Source: Novakomyces olei
Taxonomy: Eukaryota
DNA: 64,000 nucleotides
Reading direction: 5' to 3'
Assembly: GCA_016906335.1 (NCBI GenBank)
Contig: JADEYG010000003.1
Location: 1,426,001-1,490,000 of the forward strand
The position numbers were made by a program, and so were the translations under genes. The notes under the pieces are model-generated. The model was not told where the DNA came from. It worked only from the letters and a program-made list of their open reading frames with translations, and did no database searches. Every line of letters begins with the position of its first letter. The first letter of the stretch is position 1. Shown piece by piece: positions 1-8,549 of the stretch.

Positions 1-2
1 TG

Positions 3-938
3 AAGAAAACAATATCGACGTCAGAACTAGCCGATTTGTTTATAAGAGAAGTCGTACGTTTACATGGTATACCGGACGATATCGTGTCTGACAGAGACCC
101 ACGATTTGTTAGCAAGTTTTGGACTTGCTTGGCACAGCAGTTGGGCATTGAGCTGAAGAAGTCTACCAGCCATCACCCCCAGACTGACGGCCAAACCGAA
201 AGAATGAACCAGACAGTTGAACAATACATTCGATGTTATTCGAATTATCAGCAAGACAATTGGAGTCAGATTTTACCTTTTGCTGAATTCGCAATGAATA
301 ACGCTGCTAGCGCAAGTACGCAACAAAGCGCATTTTTTACGTGTTATGGTTTTCACCCGCGAAGTACTATTACGAGACAAACTACGGCAAACGAGGCCGC
401 AAACGAGAGAATTAAGGATTGGGAATTACATTTTAATTCGACGCGCGAAATCCTGGAACAGGCAGTTGCCAGGATGAAGACTTACTACGATCGAAAACGT
501 TTATTGGCACCTAAGTATAGGCCAGGAGATTTAGTGTGGGTAAGACGCCAACACATTGCGTCAGATCGCCCCAGCAACAAATTGGATCACACTCAGTTGG
601 GACCATTTAAGGTCATTGAAAAGATTGGGACAGCTGCTTATCGCCTAGAGCTGCCAGAACATATAAAGATTCACGACGTATTTAACGAAAGCTTATTGTC
701 AAGTTTTGTTACGGATCGCTTTAATCGCGATACTACATCTACGATTGTCCCAGATATCCTGAAGGACACGGAGGAATTTGAAGTAGACTACATTGTGTCA
801 CATACGGGTCGTGGCAAGCAGAGGAAGTATCTAGTCCATTGGAAGAACTACGGTACAGAGGATCGTACCTGGGAGCCTTATGGGAATTTGGTGAATGCTC
901 CCGAAGCATTACGTGCGTATCACCAACAGAACGCCTAG
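3..938 (+). CDS. pol: Pol C-terminus of element A: DDE integrase core, GPF motif, chromodomain (5' partial)
   Basis: IVSDRDPRF and HHPQTDGQTERMNQ (rve core); GPFKVIEKIG; chromodomain EFEVDYIVSH...YLVHWKNYGTEDRTWEP with aromatic cage residues F/W/Y. Confidence 0.95.
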   Translation, partial: KKTISTSELADLFIREVVRLHGIPDDIVSDRDPRFVSKFWTCLAQQLGIELKKSTSHHPQTDGQTERMNQTVEQYIRCYSNYQQDNWSQILPFAEFAMNNAASASTQQSAFFTCYGFHPRSTITRQTTANEAANERIKDWELHFNSTREILEQAVARMKTYYDRKRLLAPKYRPGDLVWVRRQHIASDRPSNKLDHTQLGPFKVIEKIGTAAYRLELPEHIKIHDVFNESLLSSFVTDRFNRDTTSTIVPDILKDTEEFEVDYIVSHTGRGKQRKYLVHWKNYGTEDRTWEPYGNLVNAPEALRAYHQQNA

Positions 939-1466
939 GATCTAACAAATTAATTTATTTGTTTTGGTACCTACAAAAAGATTAAATATTAAAAAGAAAA
1001 AAAAAAACCTGATTTTGAAGCCCATTCAACTGTGGCTCGCTATTTATTTGCGTCTTCAACACGCAATTGTTATTGTTTTCGTGCTTACTGTCATCATCGG
1101 TCAGTGGCACGTCATTATTTCGATCTTTATTACTGCTCTCGGCGAGGGGGAACAAGCCTAAGGCAGATATTATCAGTTTAAATGAAGGATTCATTAATTA
1201 TGATAAAGTTCTATCAAGATTTGTTGGTTTTGGATATTTTGTGTTAGTACGTACTATTGGGATCAAGCTATACCAATGGTATGGGAGAAGTGAACTATTG
1301 CTACAAAGTGTGCTCGAAGCGCATATTTAAGCAACTTAGAAAAAGTTGCCTACAGAATTACTTAAATTGGAGTTAAGTAATAATAGTTATATACTATTTA
1401 ATTGAGTTAAGGGAAGAAAAAGTTTGCACAAAGGTTGGCTACGAGCAACCTGCGAAGCAACCCAAG

Positions 1467-2468
1467 ATGAGCGAGAATGAAGCTGTTGGGAATAAGCGCA
1501 AGCCCCGCAACTCGGGTGCTAACGAATGCGCTATATGTGGACTAAGGATATCGCGTATTCAAGACGTGCGAAGGCATGTGGCAACGTGCCACAAAGAAGG
1601 GACGGTTTTGCCGATTCAAGAATTTCGAGAGAACGCGAAGAAGTCGGATAACTTCACGGCTGGGGAGTCAACTTTAAGGGCCCTCCAACGTTTCCAGTCA
1701 GGAGCCAGGGCTCCGCTGACGGCCCCTTACCTAGGGATCACTATCGAACACATTATCTGCGACTTGTGGAAGAATGAAGGGTGCAACTTGATCAGCCCTA
1801 TTACGGGTTGCGAGGACGAGGATTACAAAGTGAGCAGGTTTTTCGCAGATTGGGCGGACCGACACGCAAATCCACTGGCGGCTTATAACATTGCGCCGAC
1901 AGAGGAAGGAACTTTGCTGCTGCTAGAGCCATTGCCAGAGCACAAAGGAAACAGTACGAATTGGTCGTCGACCATGACACCTGCCGGGACATTTACAAAC
2001 GTCCACATTGACCCTGTGGCGTACGGCAGTGTTATATTTGGGATATCAGGAACGAAGGTAGTGCTGAGGTGGCCTCCTACAGAAGGGAATCTAAGAACTT
2101 ACGAGGAATATCATCGCTCTACTCAGGGTCGGGTCATACCAAGACACCTCCCTACGCTTAAGAGCCTCCACTACAGTGTGTTGAGGAAAGGGATGATGTT
2201 AAATATGGAACCAGGAACGCTTCACGCGGTTATTGCTGTCTCGGACAGCTCGCTAATCGGGTACAACTATGCCGCGAAGGATTGTGAATGCCTTCAGCGA
2301 GTGGTCGACTGGGAAGCCAAGTTAGCCCAGAAGAGACCAGGGATCAGAAGCGTGGTGATACAAGAACACCGGACTATGGTGGAGTTTTACAAAGAGGTCT
2401 ACGGGACGGATCTACCAGGGACAGCGAAAAGAGTGTTATCGGGACTTACTCTCTTGGAGGGGGAGTAA
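1467..2468 (+). CDS. C2H2 zinc finger plus JmjC-domain 2-oxoglutarate/Fe(II) dioxygenase (putative histone demethylase), retrotransposon cargo
   Basis: Basic KRKPR patch; C-x2-C-x12-H-x4-H finger (nt 1527-1592); JmjC motifs TFTNVHID (T177, H180, D182), GTKVVLRWPPTEGNL (K197), EPGTLHAV (H253). Uninterrupted 333 aa. Confidence 0.85.
   Translation: MSENEAVGNKRKPRNSGANECAICGLRISRIQDVRRHVATCHKEGTVLPIQEFRENAKKSDNFTAGESTLRALQRFQSGARAPLTAPYLGITIEHIICDLWKNEGCNLISPITGCEDEDYKVSRFFADWADRHANPLAAYNIAPTEEGTLLLLEPLPEHKGNSTNWSSTMTPAGTFTNVHIDPVAYGSVIFGISGTKVVLRWPPTEGNLRTYEEYHRSTQGRVIPRHLPTLKSLHYSVLRKGMMLNMEPGTLHAVIAVSDSSLIGYNYAAKDCECLQRVVDWEAKLAQKRPGIRSVVIQEHRTMVEFYKEVYGTDLPGTAKRVLSGLTLLEGE
2456..2465 (+). 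other. Polypurine tract of element A
   Basis: GGAGGGGGAG, 3 nt before the TGT start of the LTR; overlaps the last codons (LEGE) of the JmjC ORF. Confidence 0.8.
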
Positions 2469-2846
2469 TGTCAGGGGTTGCTTAGAAAGGTGCTAGGAGC
2501 ACCTGAGTAAGCAACTTCGTAGTTTAGTTTAGTTAGTTTATTTAGTTGTATTGTAGGAAGTTGCTTAGAGTAGCGCTTGGAGCGCAGACTCTAGCACTTC
2601 TACAATAAGTTAGTTACTTTAGTAGTTTCGTAGAGTGGGATCTTCGGCAAGTAACGAGCCGAGCCCAAGTATAAGAAGAGGAGTTCTTCTACTGGGTTCG
2701 GGGCGTTACAACAACCAAGGTTCCGCTTAATATAAGTGTCTTGAGATTAGTTCTTCTATCTGCCTATCTTTTTGCTATTCCCTGTCAAGGCCAACGTGTG
2801 ATCTTGGCCGACTTAAGATTACTTTGTATTGAGTCACCCCCTAACA
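2469..2846 (+). repeat. 3' LTR of element A (378 bp)
   Basis: TGTCAGGGG...CCCCTAACA termini; preceded by a PPT; size similar to neighbouring LTRs (380 and 392 bp); its 3' end resembles the solo LTR at 14053-14444. The partner LTR is not in the window. Confidence 0.75.
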
Positions 2847-3159
2847 CATAGTCTAGTTTAGGTTGAGAGCTTCCCGCTCTAACTTGCGCGACCTTCGCAC
2901 AAGTTAGCTTGGGAAGAGTAGTTTAGAATGCGAAGGAGCATCTGCTCCTCCGCAGCTTAGTTTAGTTTATAGTTGCCCGTGAGGGCCTCTCGCCCTTCAC
3001 GGGTTGATTATCTCAAAGTGGGAGTAATATATTATATTACTCCTGGTAAGCTTTACAGTAATCGCTTTCTGTTTCTTGGTTGTCGTTTATTCCTTTACTT
3101 CATTTTAAAACTATACACGGCCGGTCCCCAGCGGTTGTAGCTGTAAGAGCCGTCTTACA
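2847..3159 (+). mobile_element. 3' remnant of another LTR (related to the element C LTR) into which element A apparently inserted
   Basis: TTTATAG, then hairpin CCCGTGAGGGC...GCCCTTCACGGG, then ACGGGTTGA, mirroring the element C LTR layout; ends GCCGTCTTACA, like GCGTTCTTTACA in C. Confidence 0.55.
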
Positions 3160-3359
3160 GTTAGCGCCACTTCTTCTACCCCAAGAGTATGCAATTGCGC
3201 ACAGACAAACAGCTTAAATTCCGAAACCGAATTAAGTCGATCGCTTGGAATCCTCAAGGATCGAGCCAACTGGCCAATATCGGGCAACACAGTGATTGGA
3301 CTGGCACTGTTGTTGGCCAATCCTTCAGGGCTACTAAATGCGTTACTTGGTGTGGTCAT
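3160..3359 (-). pseudogene. Possible N-terminal gag fragment of a further, truncated retroelement
   Basis: ATG-started ORF (MTTPSNAF...EFKLFVCAQLHTLGVEEVALT) runs into the LTR remnant end at 3159; only a loose resemblance to gag N-termini. Confidence 0.3.
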
Positions 3360-3575
3360 TTTACTTTAAAACTCCCGTTCGGATGCTCAGGATCAGAGAT
3401 TTTCAGGCTCTTAATCTGTTGTTTGTTAGAACTTAGTTACTATGAAGAGGTTAATCCTCAATGTATATGTCTAAACTAACCCTAAACCTAAGTACTTCCA
3501 ATTGTTGGTTTGAGTAATTATTATAGCATGTAACAAATACCTCAACAGTTTCAATATGTTGGATGTATCACAACA

Positions 3576-3617
3576 ATATTATATTATATTATATTATATT
3601 ATATTATATTATATTAT
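3576..3617. repeat. (ATATT)n pentanucleotide microsatellite, left flank of element B
   Basis: About 8 tandem ATATT units directly abutting the TGT of the LTR. Confidence 0.95.
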
Positions 3618-3909
3618 TGTTAGCGGTTGATCTTCGTGATCGCGCGCTGGACTGGGCAAGAATAGATAGTAATAGAATCAATTCAAGAATTAACTACTCT
3701 GCCCTCAAGGGGGTCAGAGGCATCTATTTATACTATGTGAGAAACAAAGAACAAGGAACGAGGCGAACGGAATAAAGGGATAACAAGGTGTTCCCTTGAG
3801 GACAAGGGACAAGGCCTTATCACAAGGAGCAAAGCGTTGTCCTTGTACAAGGTAAAAGGTAAAAGGTAATTATTGCCTATATAGGAAGCAAGGTAGCATA
3901 GTACTTACA
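3618..3909 (-). repeat. 3' LTR of element B (292 bp)
   Basis: Minus strand TGTAAG...TAACA, adjacent to the PPT; matches 14726-15002. Confidence 0.93.
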
Positions 3910-3926
3910 TCCTGCCCCTTCCACTT

Positions 3927-6900
3927 CTAAGTTCGAAGAAATGGGAGTTGGTAGCCCTCGAGGTCTTCGTCTCGCATCCAGACGGAATCCTCGCCGGGGA
4001 ACTTAACGTGTTTTATCCCACGTTGCTGATCGACCAGCGCAGGTGCTCGATTGTAAGAATAGACGCTAATATTAGGTCTGATGATTGCGTCGTTGTGATA
4101 TTCCTGAGCAGGAAGTAGTCTGCTTTCGTGGTATGTTTCCGTACCCGATGGCGTCTGGACTTTATAAGTCTGGGGGTTTATCTCTCCGACAATTTCATGA
4201 GGTCCAGTATAAAGAGGTTTGAGTTTTCGATAGGTTCGAGGGCGCAACCTTGGCTCTCGGACGAGGACGGAGGCTCCTCTCGACAAGGTAAGAGTCTGGC
4301 CTCGTTTCCGATCATAATATTTTTTAGCTTGCTGTGCTGCGCGTGTTAGACGCGCGATAACCTGTTGTACCTGCTGTTGGTTTGGTGTTGGTTGTTGTGT
4401 CCTCGGTGGTTGTTGTGTAAAGGGTGGAGGAGGCTTGAATTGCCACAGCAGGTCGTAAGGACTCATTCCTGTCGCTTTGTGGACCGTGTTATTGTAAGCA
4501 AATTCGCCTGTTTGAACATAATATACCCATCTTCTTGGGTGCTCGTTACAGAACAACCTTAGGTAATGTATGATAGTTTGAATGGTCTTTTCCGACTGAC
4601 CATCGCCTTCTGGGTGGTAGGTTGTTGTCATTATTCGTTTAACTCCGACTCGTTGCAAGCTATCTTTCCACGGGCGACTGTTAAAACGCACATCTCGGTC
4701 CGATATTATAGTGTCCGGATAGCCGATAATTTTAAAGAGTTCGTTATTGACCAACGTAAAAATTGCTTTTGCTGAAATTCTCTTATTGACTGGAAAGAAT
4801 CGGGTAAATTTGGATAGTCGTTCGACAACAACTAGAATTGCATTGACTCCTCTGATTGTAGGTAATCCGCTTACCAGATCGAGGGTATAGCTTTCTGCGA
4901 GTCGGTTTGGTGTTGGTAAGGGACGCAAGGGTCCTGGTGGTAGTGCACGCCGTGGTTTATTGAGTGCGCAAGTGCGACATGCCCGGATGAAGCTTGCCAC
5001 GTCATTTTTCATCCCCGGCCACTTATAAGATCGTTTAACGAGTTCGAGTGTTTTATCGACGCCGAAGTGCCCGGCCTGAGGAAGCTCATGGCAGGTTTGG
5101 ATAATTTCATTTGTAAGCTCCTTGTTTTTTAGCACGATTTTTCCGTCATTCTGAACTGCTTGGTTATTTCGGATTGCATTTCTGTTGAACTGATTTGCTT
5201 GATCCTCGGTCTGTATTATATTTATTTTTTCGTCGGATCCCTGCCGTGTGAGGGCGTCCACATGGTTGGACGATCCCTTAATGTGCTTGATATCAAAATC
5301 GTAATCTGCGAGGAGTTCAAGCCATCGTGCATGGCGAGCTCGCATGATAGCTGGCTCTTTTCGAGCGAGTAAGTTCGCGTGATCTGTTTTTATTTCGAAT
5401 CTGACTGACACCAAATATGGGCGCCAGGTTTTGAGTGCTTCGATGATGGCGAGTAGTTCTTTGTCGCCTACCGTATACCGTCGCTCCGCGGGTAGCATCG
5501 TCCGGCTGTAGAACGAAGCAGGTTGCCAAGTCTTGGAGTGTAGCTGTAACAATGCAGCTCCAACTGCGGTATCTGAAGCGTCTGTTTGTAATAGTGTTGG
5601 TAGGGATGGGTCAAACTGATTTTTAGACGTTGCTTCGGCGAAGCTTTTTTTGAGATCTTTGAATGACATTTCCTGCGCAGGCGTCCATGCGAAAGGTCTT
5701 TTCAGCTTTACAAGGTCATACAGCGCGGATGCCTTGCCGCTGAATTGCGGTATGAAGTGGCGGTAAAAATTTAAAAAGCCTAAGAAAGACTGCAACTGCT
5801 TGGTCGTTTGAGGTTGTATCCAATTTTGTATCGCTTCTGTTTTGGTCGGAGACATTCCGATTTTTTCCTTTGAAATTATGTATCCCAGGAAGGGGACTTC
5901 GCTAGTGTTAAAGAATGATTTTTCTGGACTGACGTACAGGTTGTTGGCTTCTAGCCTTGTCAGTACTTCGGTAACGTGCTTTTTGTGCTGTTCAATTGTG
6001 TCCGAGAAGACCAATATATCGTCAAGGTAAGCCACAACAAAGCGGTCGATAATGCCATGAAGCACGTCATTAATCATGCGCTGGAATGTAGCCGGCGCGT
6101 TGGTCAGGCCAAAAGGCATGACAAGATATTGGAAAAGGCCGTATCTCGTTCGGAAAGCGGTTTTCCATTCTTCACCAGGTGCCATTCTTATCTGGTAGTA
6201 AGCAGACCTTAGATCGAGAAGTGTGAAGATCGACGAGTTTCCGAGTCTGTTTAACAATTCATTTATTAGGGGTAAGGAAAGTTATCTTTCTTGGTTATTG
6301 CATTCAGTTTCTTGTAGTTAATACAAAGGCGTAGCTCACCAGTTTTCTTTTTAGCGAATACGATTGGTGCCCCCGCCTGCGAGTTTGAATGTCGAATAAA
6401 GCCTTTCTTTAAATTATCGTCGATGTGTTCTCGCAGTGCTTCTAGCTCTTTTTGTGACAGAGTATAGAGTGGCAGACATGGAGGCGTGGCATTTGGCGGA
6501 TCCAGTGGTATTTTGTGGTCGTAAGAACGGTGTTGAGGGAGCTTGTTTGCTTGCTCTTTTGAAAAAACGTTTTGGAAGGATTGATAACAGGCCGGTACCG
6601 AGTTTTCCTCCGTGACTAGACTGCATGATGGGAGAACTTTGCAAACGCAGCCCAAGTTCTTTTTGATCCAAGAGTTACCGACTAATGCTTGTGCCGGAAT
6701 ATCAAGAATATAAAATTTGGTTGGTGATTCTTGGGAGTGCAGATATTGTATCGGTAGATTGACATAGCGGGCTTTAGTTCTGTGGCCGCTGGCCGATACA
6801 ATCCAGCGATGGTCGTCTAATGTCGGTTCATCGTATATTTGGGTTAAAAAGTCTGGACTAATGGCATTTATGGTCGAGCCAGTGTCGAGAATAGCGTTTG

Positions 6901-6977
6901 CCGTCACCTTTTGCCCATTTCTTGTATTCGAAAACAGGAGATTAATTGAGTCGAGTGTTGGAGAGTCTTTTTCTTCA
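3927..6977 (-). pseudogene. pol: Pol of element B (protease, RT, RNase H, integrase), separated from gag by element C and frameshifted near 6274
   Basis: ILDTGS protease; LDLRSAYYQI and YLDD RT; TDASD RNase H; H-x6-H...C-x2-C zinc motif; SDRD and HPEGDGQSE integrase. DNFPYP* followed by LNRLG needs one extra T to read DNFPLPLINELLNRL. Confidence 0.92.
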
Positions 6978-7357
6978 TGTGATGATCGGCTGTTCGGAGG
7001 CTCGGGCCTCCGGCTTTCTTATAGATGGTTCGTAGTTTGTTCGGACCGAAGTCCCGATTACGGACTTCGGTAGTTTATAGTTGTTTAGATTAGTTTTAGT
7101 TACGAAGTTCCGTATCGGAACTTCGGCGTAAGCGGTAACTCCGGTAGTCCGGTAGGGTTCGGGGTTACACGCAATTAGGGTAGAACGTTTACTTAGCAGT
7201 AGTGACTGCGAAGTAAACAAAGTATATAGGCTAGCGTGAAGAGCTTCCGCTCTTCACGGGTTAACTTAATATATTTTCTTCCTTCATATTTGTGTTTGTG
7301 TTACTTGTAATCCCTCTTCGGCCTAGAGTGCCTACAGTGTCCTGGGCGTTCTTTACA
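6978..7357 (+). repeat. 5' LTR of element C
   Basis: Direct repeat of 12333-12712; TATATA at 7223-7228; several perfect palindromic stems. Confidence 0.98.
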
Positions 7358-7359
7358 CT

Positions 7360-7368
7360 TTAACCCGT
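7360..7368 (+). other. Self-priming primer binding site of element C
   Basis: TTAACCCGT is the reverse complement of ACGGGTTAA (7256-7264) in the LTR, about 28 nt after the TATA box; no tRNA-type TGG start. Confidence 0.75.
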
Positions 7369-7592
7369 CGGCGAACTTGCCTGTACCTGCTTTAGGTGGG
7401 AGAAGAGGAAGAAAAGTTTTATTAAAAAAAAAAAAAAAAATCTGTTTTGTGTTGAAAATTTTGATCTGAAGTTGTTTGAAGTTTATTTTAGCAGTTGCGA
7501 GTTGAATAATTTTACTGATTTTAGTTGAGATTTTGTGTGAGATTTAATTTAATTTTATTCAATTTTGTGAAGGAAGACTTCAGTGAAGGAAG

Positions 7593-8549
7593 ATGGAGTC
7601 TGGACAAGACATTAATTACTTTGATGCCTTGGTGCAACTGCAAGGTGAGATTGAGACAATACGTCGTCAGAACGAAGAGCTGCGAGCTATGCAGTTTAGT
7701 GCCGGGAAGGGAAGACCTTCGCCGATTGAGAAACCGGACAAATTCCATGGAGCCCGACCGGAACTTCGGCAGTTCCTAGCCCATGTGAAAATGTACTTGG
7801 AAGCCAACAGTAGGGACTTCGGAACAGACCGAGACCGTGTACGATTTGCAGCATCCCTGCTACGCGGTCCGGCTTTTAGTTGGTTCGAGTCACAGATGAG
7901 GGTGACTCCGGAACCGGAGATGTTGAGTGATTACGAAGGATTCGTGACAGAGATCTCGCGTACGTTTGGGGATTTCGATACATATGAGAACTCAAAGAGA
8001 GAGTTAAAGAAGCTAAAGCAAATTGGTTCGGTATCTAGTTACGTAGCGAGGTTCCAACAGCTCGCGTCGTTCCTGGATTTTAACGATGCGGCGCTTATGT
8101 TTTTGTTCGAAGCGGGACTGAAGCCGCAGATTTTGGACGAACTAGCGAAAGTACCGAAACCGAAATCACTTACGGAGTTTATGAAAGCAGCGGTTACGAT
8201 CGACAACCGACTGTATGATCGTCGATTAGATGTTGTGCTGCCGAGAACAGTCCGGCGATACGAAGCACACGAGACAAATCGACAGGGAAGAATTGTATCG
8301 GAAACAATGCCTATGGAAGTCGACTCAGTCAGTGTACAGTCTGAAGTCCGACGAAATGCCAGAGTTAAAGGCCCCGGAAAGTCCAAGCCAAATGATATTC
8401 GCCGCACTTTCCGCTGTTTCCGATGCGACAAGCCGGGTCACCGAGCCGCGGAATGCCCAACATCAAACCGCGCCTTGGGACAGCATGCCGCAATTGCGGA
8501 GACGGAAGAGTATTACGAGGAAAACGACGAGGCTCAGGAAAAATACTGA
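7593..8549 (+). CDS. gag: Gag of element C with CCHC zinc knuckle
   Basis: PDKFHG...FL, LLRGPAFSW and LKQIGSVSSYVARF gag motifs; CFRCDKPGHRAAEC knuckle. Confidence 0.95.
   Translation: MESGQDINYFDALVQLQGEIETIRRQNEELRAMQFSAGKGRPSPIEKPDKFHGARPELRQFLAHVKMYLEANSRDFGTDRDRVRFAASLLRGPAFSWFESQMRVTPEPEMLSDYEGFVTEISRTFGDFDTYENSKRELKKLKQIGSVSSYVARFQQLASFLDFNDAALMFLFEAGLKPQILDELAKVPKPKSLTEFMKAAVTIDNRLYDRRLDVVLPRTVRRYEAHETNRQGRIVSETMPMEVDSVSVQSEVRRNARVKGPGKSKPNDIRRTFRCFRCDKPGHRAAECPTSNRALGQHAAIAETEEYYEENDEAQEKY

Larger units (their letters stand above)
1..2846 (+). mobile_element. Element A: Ty3/gypsy chromovirus, 3' part (integrase-chromodomain, extra ZnF-JmjC ORF, PPT, 3' LTR); 5' part lies outside the window
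   Basis: Integrase and chromodomain ORF ends at 938. Purine tract GGAGGGGGAG at 2456-2465, then TAA, then TGTCAGGGG at 2469. The matching inverted terminus CCCCTAACA ends at 2846 (8/9 match). Confidence 0.85.

Noticed and set aside
2469-2710. Shorter element A LTR ending at GCGTTACA (2710)
   Set aside because: A similar GGGTTCGGGG..TTACA occurs inside the element C LTR; 2846 gives an 8/9 terminal inverted repeat and a typical length.
3503-3547. TGTTG...CAACA mini-LTR with TGG-starting PBS on the minus strand
   Set aside because: Only 45 bp, no TSD or partner, and I could not match the PBS to a tRNA.
6975-7220. Duplicated minus-strand ORF (also 12270-12575)
   Set aside because: It is simply the LTR sequence read antisense; TTG start and no domain.
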